The notes under the pieces: model-generated
What the model saw: the letters and a program-made list of their open reading frames with translations, nothing else
The model's database searches: none
What the model was told of the DNA's origin: nothing
Translations under genes and position numbers: made by a program
Shown: one piece after another, positions 1 through 18,804 of the stretch
Layout: each line of letters starts with the position of its first letter
Position numbering within the stretch: the stretch's first letter is position 1
DNA from: the human T2T-CHM13v2.0 reference genome, Homo sapiens
Reading direction: 5' to 3' (one strand)
Length of the DNA: 64,000 nucleotides
NCBI RefSeq assembly: GCF_009914755.1
Contig: NC_060927.1

Positions 1-4096
<4,096 letters not shown>

Positions 4097-4834
4097 GAAA
4101 ATCAAAGGATGGGCCTGAGGCAAACAGAGAGAAACCATTAGGAGCCTTAGCTGGGGTTTCCCAAGGGGTGTTCTATAAGGCCCTTCTCTACTGGTAAAAG
4201 GATGGGGAAGGTCCTCAGACTTTGTTTCTCCTTCTATCTACCACCTCCTTTGTCTTTCCATGGCTTAATTCGTGAAAAACTAGATTGTTCCCATGCTTGC
4301 CACTTCCCCACCACCTCTTCATTCCTTAGGTCACAGTAATGTGAATCTATCTCTTTTCCCATAACCCACTGACTTGGTGTTCCCTAACAATCTTTTATTT
4401 TAAATTAAAAAAAAAATTTCTGTTCACTTTTACTTACACTTTCAAGCATCTGGCAATGCTGACTTTGCTTGCTCTTCAGATTTTTTCAAGGAGATTGTGT
4501 CCCACAGCCTCCAGGTTTTTCTTCTAGCTTTCTGACCACTCCCCCTCATATCCCACCTTGGGCTCCTCTTCTCTGGCTCATCTCTTAGATGCTGTTTCTC
4601 TGGCTTTCAGTCCTTGATCTTTTTTTCTTACTCTGCAGACTCAGTGCAGACAAGCTAATCTGCATCCTTGTCAATAGTTGCAAAATGCTGCATTTATTAC
4701 TGATCTGAGGCTGTTGTGTTCAAGTCATCAGTAGTTTGCAAATTGCTAACACTAATCTTCTACGACAAAATTTCAGGAGCTGAGTATTTCTAGTTATACA
4801 ATATTAAGAGTTACCTCAGCTGAATGTTTAAAAA

Positions 4835-6245
4835 GAACATATTCAACAATAGGAAAATGAGCAACCCAATTTAAAAATGGGCAAAACATTTAAAAAAAAT
4901 GAGATCGTGTCTTTCGCAGGAACATGGATGGAGCTGAAGGTTATTATCCTTAGCAAACTAATGCAGGAACAGAAAACCAAATATCGCATGCTCTCACTTA
5001 TAAGTGGGAGCTAAATAATGAGAACACATGGACACATAGAGGGAAACAACACACACTGGGGCCTACTCAAGGGTGGAGGGTGGGAGGAGGGAGAGGGTCA
5101 GAAGAAAATGACTGTTTGGTAGTAGGCTTAGTACTTGCCTGACAAATAATCTGTACTACAAACCCCTGCGACATGAGTTTACCTATATAACAAATGTGCA
5201 CATGTACCCATTAACTTAAGATAGAAGTTAAAAAAAATAAAAATAAAAATGGGCAAAAGATTTAAACCTCACCAAAAAAAAAAAAAAGGTAAGTGAACAT
5301 CTGAAATTCTGAACTTCAGTGAACTTCATATGTCATCAAAGAAATGCAAATTATAACAACGAGATATCACTACATATCCGTCAGAATGGCCAAAATCCAG
5401 AACACTGACAATACTAAATGGTAGCAAGGATATGGAGCAAAAGGAACTTCTCATTCATTGCTGCTGGGAATGCAAATGGTACAGCCACTTTGGAAGACAG
5501 TTTGGCAGTTACTTTCAAAACTTAACATACTCTTATCATATGCTCCAGTAGTCACACTCCTTGGTATTTACCCAAATGATCTGAAAACTTATGTCCATAG
5601 AAAAACCCACACATGAATATTCACAGCACATCTGCTCATAATTGCTAAAATTTGGAAGCAACAAACTGTCCTTCACCAGGTGAGTGGATAAGTAAATCCT
5701 GACAATGGAATATTATTTGGCACGAAAAAGGAATATGAATATCGAGCCACAAAAAGACATGGAGGAAACTTAAATACATATTACTGAGTGAAAGAAACCA
5801 ATCTGAAAAGATTAACTACTGTATGGTTCCAACTATATGACATTTGGAAAAGGCAAAATTATGAAGACAGTAAAAAGATCACTGGTTGCCAGTGGTTAGC
5901 AAGGAGACAGGGATGGACTATGTGGAGCACAGAGGATTTTTAGTCAGTGAAACTATTCTGTATGCTACTACAATGGTGGATACATTTCATTATACATTTG
6001 TCAAAACCCATAGATGTACAACATCAAGGATGCATGCTGATGTAAGCCATGGACTTTAGGTTATAACTATGTGTCAGTGTAAGTTCATCGGTTGTAACAA
6101 ATGTGCTGCTAGTGTTCAGAGGTTTATAGCAGGGGAGGCTGTGAGCGTGAGGGGCAGATGTAGGGACTACATAGGAACTCTATACTCGCCACTCAGCTGT
6201 ACTGTCAACCTAAAACTGCTCTAAAAATTAAAGCCCATTTTTAAA
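4835..6245 (+). mobile_element. Old L1M (L1MC1/2-like) 3' region, interrupted by a younger L1P 3' end
   Basis: Degenerate ORF2-end/3' UTR motifs (gaatggccaaaatccagaacactgac..., aaaacccatagatgtacaac). Confidence 0.7.
4891..5245 (+). mobile_element. 5'-truncated older L1PA/L1PB 3' end nested in the L1M
   Basis: gaacatggatggagctg...ataagtgggagctaaat; A-tail; TSD aaaaatgggcaaaa at ~4873 and ~5246. Confidence 0.75.
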
Positions 6246-7180
6246 GTAAATTAACAAAATGGATACATTAAGCCTGATAAAAACTGCATTTTCTTTAAAA
6301 AGTGACTCCTATTACAAAAAAATTAAATGTCATAAAATTCTGTCAACCAGTCTAGTGATTCTCAAAGACATAGTCAGAGATTTACAAAGAGGTCCACTGT
6401 AGCATTACTTATAAGAACAAATAATTGGAAACAATATACATGGCCAAAAATTGGGGAATGTTGAATACATTAACACGTACATAACATCCAATATTATGTA
6501 ACCTCAAAAATAATCTTTCTGAAAAATATTTAATGATCTGAGAAAGTCCTCATGGTATAACCTTAAGGGAAAATACAATATTTAAGCCATATATAACAAG
6601 GGATTTTTAAAAGTCCTTCTCTTGGGAAAGAGTTTGGGAGGTGAAGAATGGAGGAAAGAGACTTAATTTTTATTTTACAATATTCTAAAATATTGTTTGC
6701 TTTTTTACTTTGTGCAGGGATTGTGTTTATGACTAAAAACTGTATACTTAAAATAACTCAAAATTTTAAAATCCTATAAAAACACAAAAACATTTATAAA
6801 GCTTATATGGTTTCTATTAATACCTGAAAAAAATAGAGGTTATAAGTAAATACATGCTCAACTACAGTGGAGGGAAAGAAACACCTGTATGTACAGAATA
6901 ATTCTAATGATGCAAAACATATATATTACATATATTCAAATAGCAAAAAGTGTATGAAGCAATTATGCATTATAAATAGTTGGTTTTCCTTATGGTTGTA
7001 GAATTAGAGGTGAATTTTCTTTATGCTTTTCGTATTTTCCATATTTTTTGCAAAAAGCATGTGTTCTATTATGAGTCAAAAAGGTTTAAAGAATAAAAAT
7101 TCTGTTAGCTAACTCTTTTTTCTGATACAATGGTCAGGACACACAGAAATAACCTAAATGCAGAATGAAAATGTGAAGAC

Positions 7181-7495
7181 GGCAGGGCGCAGTGGCTCAT
7201 TCCTATAATCACACCACTATGGGAGGCCGAGGCGGGTGGATCACCTGAGGTCAGGGGTTCGAGATCAGCCTGACCAATATGGTGAAACCTTGTCTCTACT
7301 AAAAGTACAAATTTTAGCCAGGCGTGGTGGTGGGCACCTGTAGTCCCAGTACTCAGGAGGATGAGACAGAAGAATTGCTTGAAACTGGGAGGTGGAGGTT
7401 ACAGCAGTGAGCTGAGATGGCACCACTATACAACAACCTAGGCAACAGAGCAGGTGAGACTTTGTCTCAAAAAAAAAAAAAGAAAGAAAAGAAAA
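7181..7495 (+). mobile_element. Alu (AluS-type)
   Basis: Dimeric Alu with A-rich tail. Confidence 0.9.
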
Positions 7496-7536
7496 GGTAA
7501 AGATGAAGATTCTACCTGCCCAGTCTGCCCAGATAG

Positions 7537-10500
7537 TGTCAGGCCTCTGAGCCTAAGCTAAGCCATCATATCCCCTGAGACCTGCACATACACATCCAGA
7601 TGGCCAGTTCCTGCCTTAACTGATGACATTCCACTACAAAAGAAATGAAAATGGCCTGTTCCTGCCTTAACTGATAGCATTATCTTGTGAAATTCCTTCT
7701 CCTGGCTCATCTTGGCTCAAAAGCTCCCCTACTGAGCACCTTGTGACCCCTACTCCTGCCTGCCAGAGAACAACCCCTCTTTTTCCTTTACCTACCTAAA
7801 TCCTATAAAATGGCCCCACCCCATCTCCCTTCACTGACTCTTTTTGGACTCAACCCACCTGCACCCAGGTGATTAAAAGATTTATTGCTCAGACAAAGCC
7901 TGTTTGGTGGTCTCTTCACACAGACACACATGAAATTTGCTGCCGTGACTCGGATCAGGGGAACTCCCTTGGGAGATCAATCCCTAGTCCTCCTGTTCTT
8001 TGCTCCGTGAGAAAGATCCACCTACGATCTCAGGTCCTCAGACTGACCAGCCCAAGAAACATCTCACCAATTTCAAATCCCGTGAACAGCCTCTTTTTAC
8101 ACTCTTCTCCAACCTCCCTCACTATCCCTCAACCTCTTTCTCTGTTCAATCTTGGTGCCACACTTCAATCTCTCCCTTCTCTTAATTTCAATTCCTTTCA
8201 TTTTCTGGTAGAGACAAAGGAGACATGTTTTATCCATGGACCCAAAACTCCAATGCCGGTCGTGGACTAAGAAAGGCAGCCTTCCCTTGGTGTTTAATCA
8301 TTGTGGGGATGCCTCTCTGATTATTCACTCAGGTTTCAGAGGTGTCAGACCACGCAAGGACACCTGCCTTGGTCTTTCACCCTTAGCGGCAAGTCCCGCT
8401 TTTCTAGGGGAGGGGCAGGAACCCCGACCTCTTATCTCTGCACCCCGATCCCTTATTTCCATGCCCCAACCTCTTATTTCTGTGCCCCGATCCCTTATTT
8501 CCGTGCCCCGACCTCTTATCTCTGCGCCTCAACCCCTTATTTCCGTGCCCTGACCCCTTCTCTGCTTTTCTGGAGGGCAAGAACCCCCCAACCCTTCTCC
8601 ATGTCTCTACTCTCTTTTCTCTGGGCTTGCCTCCTTCACTATGGGCAAGCTTCCACCTTCCATTCCTCCTTCTTCTTCCTTAGCCTGTGTTCTCAAGAGC
8701 TTAAAACCTCTTCAACTCTCACCTGACCTAAAATCTAAGCGTCTTATTTTCTTCTGCAATGCCGCTTGACCCCAATACAAACTCGACAGTAGTTCCAAAT
8801 AGCCAGAAAACAACACTTTCAATTTTTCCATCCTATAAGATCTAAATAATTCTTGTCGTAAAATAGGCAAACGGTCTGAGGTGCCTGATGTCCAGGCATT
8901 CTTTTACATATCGGTCCCTCCCTGGTCTCTGTTCCCAATGCAACTCGTCCCAAATCTTCCTTCTTTCCCTCCCGCCTGTCCCCTCAGTCCCAACCCCAAG
9001 CGTTGCTGAGTCTTTCCAGTCTTCCTTTTCTACAGACCCATCTGACCTTTCCCCTCCTCCCCAGGCTGCTTGTCACCAGGCCGAGCTAAGTCCCAACTCT
9101 TCCTCAGCCTCTGCTCCTCCACCCTATAATCCTTCTACCATCTCCCCTCCTCACACCCGTTCCGGCATACGGTTTAGTTCCGCAACTAGTTCTTCCCCAC
9201 CTGCCCAACAATTTCCTCTTAGAGAGGTGGCTGGAGCTGAAGGCATAGTCAGGGTACATGTACCTTTTTCTCTATCACGCCTCTCTCAGATCAGTCAGTG
9301 TTTAGGCTCTTTCTCATCAGACCCCACTAAATGTATACAGGAATTCTGATATCTAACTCTGTCCTACAAGTTAACCTGGAGTGACTGAAATGTCATCCTA
9401 ACTTCTACCCTCTCCCCAGATGAATGGGAAAGAGTTTTTTCTCTAGCCCAATCTCACGCTGATAACCGCCGTCTTCACGAGCCAGACCTCCAGGAAGGCA
9501 TTAGAGCAGTTCCCCGAGAAGACCCCCAATGGAACTATCAGACAAATTCCCCAGGTATAGCTAGGTGAGATTACATGATTCCTGCCTACTTGAAAGGCTT
9601 AAAAAGGCAGCTTACAAAGCTGTTAATTATGACAAGCTTGAAGAGACTACCCAAGGTAGAGACGAAAACCCAGCCCAGTTCATGGCCTGCTTAGCAGCAA
9701 CCGTTGGACGCTATACCGCCCTAGACCCAGAAGGGCCAGAAGGCCGCCTTATTCTTAACATGCATTTTATCATCCAATCCACTCCTGACATTAAGAAAAA
9801 ACTTCAAAAATTAGAATCTAGCCCTCAAACCCCACAACAGGAATTAATCAATCTTGCCTTCAAGGTGTACAATAATAGAGAAGAAGCATCCAGACGGCAA
9901 CGCGTTTCTGAGTTACAATTACTTGCCTCTGCTGTGAGACGAGACCCAGCCACACCTCCAGCATAGGAGAACTTCAAAATGCCTCAGCCGCACACGCCTA
10001 AGCCGCAGCAGTCAAGCATTCCTACAGGACTTCCTGCATCAGGATCTTGCTTCAAGTGCCAGAAATCTAGCCACTAGGCCAAGGAATGCCCACAGCCCAG
10101 GATTCCTCCTCAGCCGTATCCCATCTGTGTAGGACTCCACTGAAAATCAGACTCTTCAACTCACCTGGCAGCCACTCCCAGAGCCCCTGGAACTCCGGCC
10201 CAAGGCTCTCTGACTGACTCCTTCTCACATTTTCTCAGCTTAGCAGCTGAAGACTGACGCTGCCCGATCGCCTTGGAAGCCCCGTAGGCCATCACGGACG
10301 CCAAGCTTGAAGTAACTCTCAGAGTAGAAAGTAAGTCCGTCCCCGTCTTAATCAATATGGAGGCTACCCACTCCACATTACCTTCTTTCCAAAGGCCTGT
10401 TTCCCTTGCCTTCATAACTGTTGTAGGTATTGGCAGCCAGGCTTCTAAACCTCTTAAAACTCCCCAACTCTGGTGCCAACTTAGACAATACTCTTTTAAT

Positions 10501-13455
10501 CACTCCTTTTAGTTACCCCCACCTGCCCAGTTCCCTTATTAGGCCGAGACACTTTAACTAAATTATCTGCTTCCCTGACTATTCCTAGGCTACAGCCACA
10601 CCTCATTGCCGCCTTTTCCCCCAGTTCAAAGCCTCCTTCACATCCTCCCCTTGTATCTCCCCACCGTAACCCATAAGTATAAGACACCTCTACTCCCTCC
10701 TTAGCGACCGATCATGCACCCCTTACCATCCCATTAAAACCTAATCACCCTTACCCCAATCAATGCCAATATCCCATCCCACAGCATGCTTTGAAAAGAT
10801 TAAAGCCTGTTATCACTTGCCTGTTACAGCAAGGCCTTTTAAAGCCTATAAACTCTCCTTACCATTCCCCCATTTTACCTGTCCTAAAACCAGACAAGGC
10901 TTACAGGTTAGTTCAGAATCTGCGCCTTATCAACCAAATTGTTTTGCCTAGCCACCCCGTGGTGCCAAACCCATATACTCTCCTATCCTCAATACCTGCC
11001 TCTACAACCCATTATTCTGTTCTAGATCTCAAACATGCTTTCTTTACTATTCCTTTGCACCCTTCATCCCAGCCTCTCTTTGCTTTCACTTGGACTGACC
11101 CTGACACCCATTAGGCTCAGCAAATCACCTGGGCTGTACTGCCGCAAGGCTTCACAGACAGCCCGCATTAGTTCAATCAAGCCCAAATTTCATCCTCATC
11201 TCTTACCTATCTCGGCATAATTCTCATAAAAACACACATGCTCTCCCTGCTGATCGTGACCGATTAATCTCCCAAACCTCAATCCCTTACAAAACAACAA
11301 CTCCTTTCCTTCCTAGGCATGGTTAGCGTGGTCAGAATTCTTACACAAGAGCCGGGACCACACCCTGTAGCCTTTCTGTCCAAACAACTTGACCTTACTG
11401 TTTTAGCCTAGCCCTCCTGTCTGCATGCAGCAGCTGCCGCTGCTTTAATACTTTTAGAGGCCCTAAAAATCACAAACTATGCTCAACTCACTCTCTACAT
11501 TTCTCGTAACTTCCAAAATCGATTTTCTTCCTCATACCTGACGCATATGCTTTCTGTTCCCCGGCTCCTTCAGCTGTACTCGTTCTTTGTTAAGTCCCAC
11601 AATTACCATTGTTCCTGGCCCGGACGTCAATCCGGCCTCCCACATTATTCCTGATACCACACCTGACCCCCATGACTGTATCTCTCTGATCCACCTGACA
11701 TTCACCCCATTTCCCCATATTTTCTCCTTTCCTGTTCCTCACCCTGATCACGCTTGATTTATTGATGGCAGTTCCACCAGGCCTAATCGCCACACACCAG
11801 CAAAGGCAGGCTATGCTATGGTACAAGCCACTAGCCCGCCTCTTAGAACCTCTCATTTCCTTTCCATCGTGGAAATGTATCCTCAAGGAAATAACTTCTC
11901 AGTGTTCCATCTGCTATTCTACTACTCCTCAGGGATTATTCAGGCCCCCTCCCTTCCCTACACATCAAGCTCAGAGATTTGCCCCCACCCAGGACTGGCA
12001 AATTAGCTTTACTCAACATGCCCCGAGTCAGATAACTAAAATACCTCTTGGTCTAGGTAGACACTTTCACTGGATAGGTAGAGGCCTTTCCCACAGGGTC
12101 TAAGAAGGCCAACACAGTCATTTCTTCCCTTCTGTCAGACACAATTACTCGGTTTGGCCTTCCCACCTCTATACAGTCCGATAGCAGACCGGCCTTTATT
12201 AGTCAAATCAGCCAAGCAGTTTTTCAGGCTCTTAGTATTCAATGAAACCTTTATATCCCTTACAGTCCTCAGTCTTCAGGAAAAGTAGAATGGACTAATT
12301 GTCTTTTAAAACCTCAGCCACCAACTTAAAAAGGGCTAGAAAAACTTTTACCTCTTTCTTTTCTCAGAAGTCAGGCCTGTCCTCAGAATGCTACAAGGTA
12401 CAGCCCATTTGAGCTCCTGTATAGAGGCTCCTTTTTATTAAGCCCCAGTCTCATTCCAGACACCAGACCAACTTAGACTGTGCCCCAAAAAACTTGTCAT
12501 CCCTACTATCTTCTCTCTAGTCATACTCCTATTCACTGTTCTCAACTACTCATACATGCCCTGCTCTTGTTTACACTGCCAGTTTACACTGTTTCTCCAA
12601 GCCATCACAGCTGATATCTCCTGGTGGTATCCCCAAACTGCCATTCTTGAAGTAAATAAATAATCTTTGCTGGCAGGACTACGCTGAATCTCCTTAGGCA
12701 CTCTAATTAGATGTCCTAGGTCTTCCCAATTCTTAGACCTTTAATACCTGTTTTTCTCCTTCTCTTATTCCATTTAGTTTCTCAGTTCATACAAAACCAT
12801 ATCCAGGCAATCATCAATAATTCTAAATGACAAATGTTTCCTCTAACAGTCCCACAATATCACCCCTTACCACAAAATCTTCCTTCAGCTTAATCTCTCC
12901 CACTCTAGGTTCCCACGCCGCCCCTAATCCCACTCGAAGCAGCCCTGAGAAACATCGCCCATTATCTCTCCATACCATCCCCCAAAATTTTCGCCACCTC
13001 AACACTTTACCACTATTTCATTTTATTTTTCTTATTAATATAAGAAGACAGGAATGTCAGGCCTCTGAGCCCAAGCTAAGTCATCATATCCCCTGTGACC
13101 TGCACATGCACATCCAGATGGCCGGTTCCTGCCTTAACTGATGACATTCCACTACAAAAGAAATGAAAATGGCCTGTTCCTGCCTTAACTGATAGCATTA
13201 TCTTGTGAAATTCTTTCTCCTGGCTCATCCTGGCTTAAAAGCTCCCCTACTGAGCACCTTGTGACCCCTACTCCTGCCTGCCAGAGAACAACCCCCCTTT
13301 TTCCTTTACCTACCCAAATCCGATAAAACGTCCCCACCCCATCTCCCTTCTCTGACTGTCTTTTTGGACTCAGCCCGCCGGCACCCAGGTGATTAAAAGC
13401 TTTATTGCTCACACAAAGCCTGTTTGGTGGTCTCTTCACACGGACGCGCATGAAA
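7537..13455 (+). mobile_element. HERV-H provirus (deleted common form), LTR7-family LTRs at 7537-7935 and 13055-13455; defective gag/pro/pol, env remnant
   Basis: LTRs tgtcaggcctctgagc...catgaaa; tRNA-His PBS-like tgctgccgtgactcggat 7938-7955; PPT aagaagacaggaa 13042-13054; TSD GATAG/GATAC; gag MHR (QGRDENPAQF) and RT (LDLKHAFF) fragments broken by stops. Confidence 0.95.
8422..8550 (+). repeat. HERV-H leader ~21-bp tandem repeat (~6 units)
   Basis: cccc(g/a)a(c/t)c(t/c)cttat(c/t)t(c)tg.. units, translating as PRSLISV/PQPLISA. Confidence 0.8.
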
Positions 13456-14231
13456 GATACCATCTGTGTAAAGTCAGCACTTCCATCTGAGGCCACTCTC
13501 TAGTTCCCATAATGCTAATAGGAACCATCCCCAAAGCCAAATATCACTTACTGGATCAGAGTTCTCAGGACAGAATGTCTCTCTTACTACCATTCAGCTT
13601 CCTCCCAACCATTACCATCCCAGCACCCTTAATGTGCTCTCTCCCCTGAAGCTGCTCCAGTTGCTAGAATGGCATCATTAGTACTGTATCACTCTTTAAG
13701 ATTCAGTAAAGCAACAGGAAGAGGATGCATGACTCCCTGAGGTACTCTGTAGTCTCAGCAGAACAGCACTGTAGGAAAATTATATTCCTGTTCTTGATGC
13801 CTCTTCCCATCCCCTCAACATTCCCATTCCTTTCCCTACACCAGCATTTGGTTCACCCAGGACACCCCATTTAGGGTGCAGCCAATATAGCCATAATAGA
13901 AAAACTTCATTAAGGAGCTCAACTCATAATAACAAAAACTCAAAATAGTTTTTGTTTTAATCAATAGCTTTCCCCTTCCCCACTGGGTTGGAGCCTCTTA
14001 ACACCTTGACCAGATTCCATACATTCCTGTCATTTTCTATTGCACTGGACTGGTCCCATTGGGTATTTAAAAGCCAGGGTTACTGACATTAAAAGTTCAA
14101 TTGCAAACATTATTCAAAACCTGTTGCACTCATTAACCCTGTGACTTGTGGAAATGAGATCTACTTTTCATACACCTCCCTTTTCTTTCTGTCTTCAAAT
14201 CCTTTCCCTCTCTTCAGTTCACTCTAGAATC

Positions 14232-14408
14232 CCAGTAATTCTCAACCTTGACTGCACACACTGGATTACCTAGGAGTTTAAAAACTACCAATACCAAAGT
14301 CCACTCCCAGAGATTCTGATTAAATTGTCCTGGAGGAGTCCTTGACATCAGGACTTTTTAAAGCTCCTGGGGTGATTCTAACATGAAGCCGAGTCTGAGA
14401 GACATGAC
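14232..14408. mobile_element. MER5-family (hAT-Charlie) DNA transposon fossil
   Basis: cagtaattctcaaccttgactgcac...ccagagattctgatt...ggtgattctaacatg matches the MER5 pattern. Confidence 0.6.
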
Positions 14409-14727
14409 TGCAGACTCTCACAGACACTCACTGCGGATAGAACAGGGAGGAATGGAGATGCTGCCTAACTGGCTGTTTCTTGGCAGTGAGGACGGAACCT
14501 AGGCTGATTCCCTCTGGTCCCTTCTGATGCTGCTGGCTCTGCTGGTCTGAGGGTTGCATATAGGTATACGGGTTTCTTCTGAAGTGTGAAGGTAGGGGGT
14601 CAGCCCAGTCCCCCCCTGCTGATCCCTTCTCACAGTGGGATGGGCATCCAACTATTTGACTCTTACTCTCACCACCATCCTCTTCCACGTGAATCAATTC
14701 TTTTTGCAGGGAATTGGGGTGGCATGA

Positions 14728-15121
<394 letters not shown>

Positions 15122-15612
15122 TGATTTCTTATTTAATTATCATACAAGCCTGCCAAGAGGTATCAATCCATATTTCGTAAATGAGGAAACTATCAGAGAA
15201 GTTTTGTTGCTTACCCAGCATTACACAGTAAGAAAGTAATAGAGCCAGGTGAGAAATTCAGATTTGACTTCAAAACGACAGCCTCTTCATTGTTCTATTT
15301 TACCTGAAGTCATTCCTTTTATAATGGTACCTGTTTAACATGTTCCCCCGCTTAGATAATGCAGCTGCCTTCTACTGAGGAGTTTTAGTGCCATGATCCA
15401 TCAGTCCACTGACTGATGATGGAGATTTCCAGCTGAGACAGGCAGGCAGATGGAGGAAAATTACCCCTAGCCCCATCCCCTACACCAACATAGGCACTGC
15501 TTATATTCAAAGACGTACTTTAGATCTGCTATCTACTAGAAAAATCCAGATTTGTGCAGATCACAGTTCCACCCACTCATCAGCATTTCTCAGCTTTCTG
15601 CCCCCAGGACCC

Positions 15613-15740
15613 ACTAATCATTTACAGCTTGTTGATGGTTATTTGAACCCAGGGTCAAGGTGAACACCCTCAGTTACACAACAAAAATGTATCAAGGTTT
15701 TGTTTAATCAATTGCGTGTGTTTCAGAAAGTCTGTATAAA
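15613..15740 (+). promoter_or_regulatory. HRG: HRG proximal promoter: TATA (15735-15740), HNF1-like site (15613-15625), nuclear-receptor half-site pair (gggtcaaggtga ~15652-15663)
   Basis: TATAAA 44 bp before the ATG; actaatcatttac resembles the HNF1 consensus GTTAATNATTAAC; consistent with a liver-expressed gene. Motif calls only. Confidence 0.6.
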
Positions 15741-15783
15741 ATTCTCTGCAGTGGCAGATCATAGCAAGGGATGGTTTAACAAA

Positions 15784-15966
15784 ATGAAGGCACTCATTGC
15801 AGCACTGCTTTTGATCACATTGCAGTATTCGTGTGCCGTGAGTCCCACTGACTGCAGTGCTGTTGAGCCGGAGGCTGAGAAAGCTCTAGACCTGATCAAT
15901 AAAAGGCGACGGGATGGCTACCTTTTCCAATTGCTGCGGATTGCTGATGCCCACTTGGACAGAGTG
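15784..15966 (+). CDS. HRG: HRG exon 1 (signal peptide + start of cystatin domain 1; aa 1-61)
   Basis: MKALIAALLLITLQYSCAVSPTDC...AHLDRV|gtgagg. Confidence 0.97.
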
Positions 15967-16311
15967 GTGAGGAATTGCCAATGGCAGAGCTGAGTTGGGA
16001 GATTACTCACGGGGGCAAATGTGACTCTACCCCCTAGGCTTACTGCTTTGCACAATGAATGGCTTTGGTCAGAGTTTTTTGTTTGGCTTCTGCGGCTGCT
16101 CTAAATTGTTCTTTTTTCCTTCAAACTAATATTTGTTATTAGTGTACCCGCAACTATGATTCGATTTGTGGGTACATATAAGCATTTATGCTGAGCCCAG
16201 TTACATGCTAAGGACTGCCAGAGAAACATTAGAATAAGCTATGGGCCTTGGCCTCCAGGAAATAATAATACACTGGCACATACAGGCAAACAGTGTAAGT
16301 TACTAGGATAA

Positions 16312-17283
<972 letters not shown>

Positions 17284-18687
17284 ATAGCCAAGTGACCAAA
17301 GGAGTGGTAAATGTACTGGAGCAATTTAATGAGGGGAGATCTAGTAAGACTGGATGGGAGGAGGCTTCTGCTGTGTAATGATGCATGGGTAGGATTTGAA
17401 CAGGTCTGGGTAAATGTGTTCCTGGTGAATTCCTGGCACCACCACTTCTAGGTGGGTATGGAATCAGGAAGAAGGGTGTTAGGGAGCCATTGAATATAAG
17501 CAGGTGGGTTCCAGAAGTTCCATGTGGGCTCTGGAGCAGGCATCAGGTGGGAGCCAAGCCTGTGGGCTTGTCTTGAGGTGAAACAAGCTTACTGTCTTCA
17601 CTTAGATTACACGCCTACCTAAACTGGACTAGAGGAGCCGATAGACATTATAGAGAGACATGAAGCCTGCCTCTAAGCTCCCCAAATAACCTACTCTCCC
17701 TCTGATGGAAAAACTGAAATTAGGGAGGCCAGACAAGGAGTACTACAGAGGACAATTTACCCTTCTGAAAGTATCACAGAGGGAGGCACTGTGGGTTGCA
17801 GAGAACAGGTGTGCAGGAGTTTAGGATTCAACCAGTAATTCAGTGACCATTAGTCCCATGCCAGGCTCATCAACACATGTTAGGGCATAGGATGCATCAG
17901 CACAGAGCTGCCTCTGAGAGCTAGCATAGAGAGCGGGTGGATGGGGAGGGGTCCTGATGTGCCTGGGGAAACTGAGGCAAGAGACAGGGACATGAAGTAG
18001 AAAGCTATTTATGTATTCAGGAATGAAAGAACAAGGGTCAGACCTGGGTTAGTGGGAGTCAGGGCAATGAGACTGAGGAATAGACATGAGAGACGTTGCC
18101 AAGAAAGACCATTCAGGGCCTGGTACTGGATAGCAAAAGCAAGGACAAGGAAAACATCTCGTAGGTTTACATGTTTTACCCCAGAGTCTAAGGCAATATG
18201 TTGTTAGTGGTGCCACTGACAAAGACGAGGGAAGTGGAGAGGGCAGCTAGTTTGTAAGAGAAGAGAGAGGATTTAGCTTTGGGCAAAGCAACATCAAAGC
18301 AGAAAATCCCATGATCAGTAATAGAGCTGGGCAAGAGGACACAACTACAAGGACAGATTGGAGGCCCTGATGAGGTCGTCATGACTTATACTTCCAGGCA
18401 TGCGTAGGTGTTGATGCCTCCTCTAAACCACCACTGCCGTTTAGTGATAGCTTCTTCAAGTTTATGGGCAGAAGACAAATCAGGACCACTTAAAAAGATT
18501 TGGAAATAACTCATTGAAGCTATGTATTGGAATCAATAGATCAAATGACGCAAAGGTAGAGCATCTGCAAAGACAGTGAGAGGAACAGGAATTCTGTTTA
18601 AGTAATAAATATATAGCTTTAATACATAAAAAAAAAACCCGCTAGGTTTCCATGTGCTACTCACATGTTGCTTTTGGCATTCCTCAG

Positions 18688-18804
18688 GAAAATACAACTG
18701 TATATTACTTAGTCTTAGATGTGCAAGAATCGGACTGTTCGGTCCTATCCAGGAAATACTGGAATGACTGTGAGCCACCTGATTCCAGACGTCCATCTGA
18801 AATA
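18688..18804 (+). CDS. HRG: HRG exon 2 (aa 62-100)
   Basis: cag|GAA...ATA|gtaagt; [17 protein letters not shown]...PSEI. Confidence 0.97.

Noticed and set aside
8422-8550. Possible CRISPR-like repeat array
   Set aside because: Contiguous tandem repeats without unique spacers; the normal HERV-H leader repeat in a eukaryotic genome
8888-12103. HERV-H gag/pro/pol ORFs as functional genes
   Set aside because: Fragmented by multiple stops, frameshifts and deletions
15700-15993. 97-aa ORF as an N-terminally extended HRG
   Set aside because: It starts at a non-ATG codon upstream of the TATA box and runs into intron 1; the true start is ATG 15784
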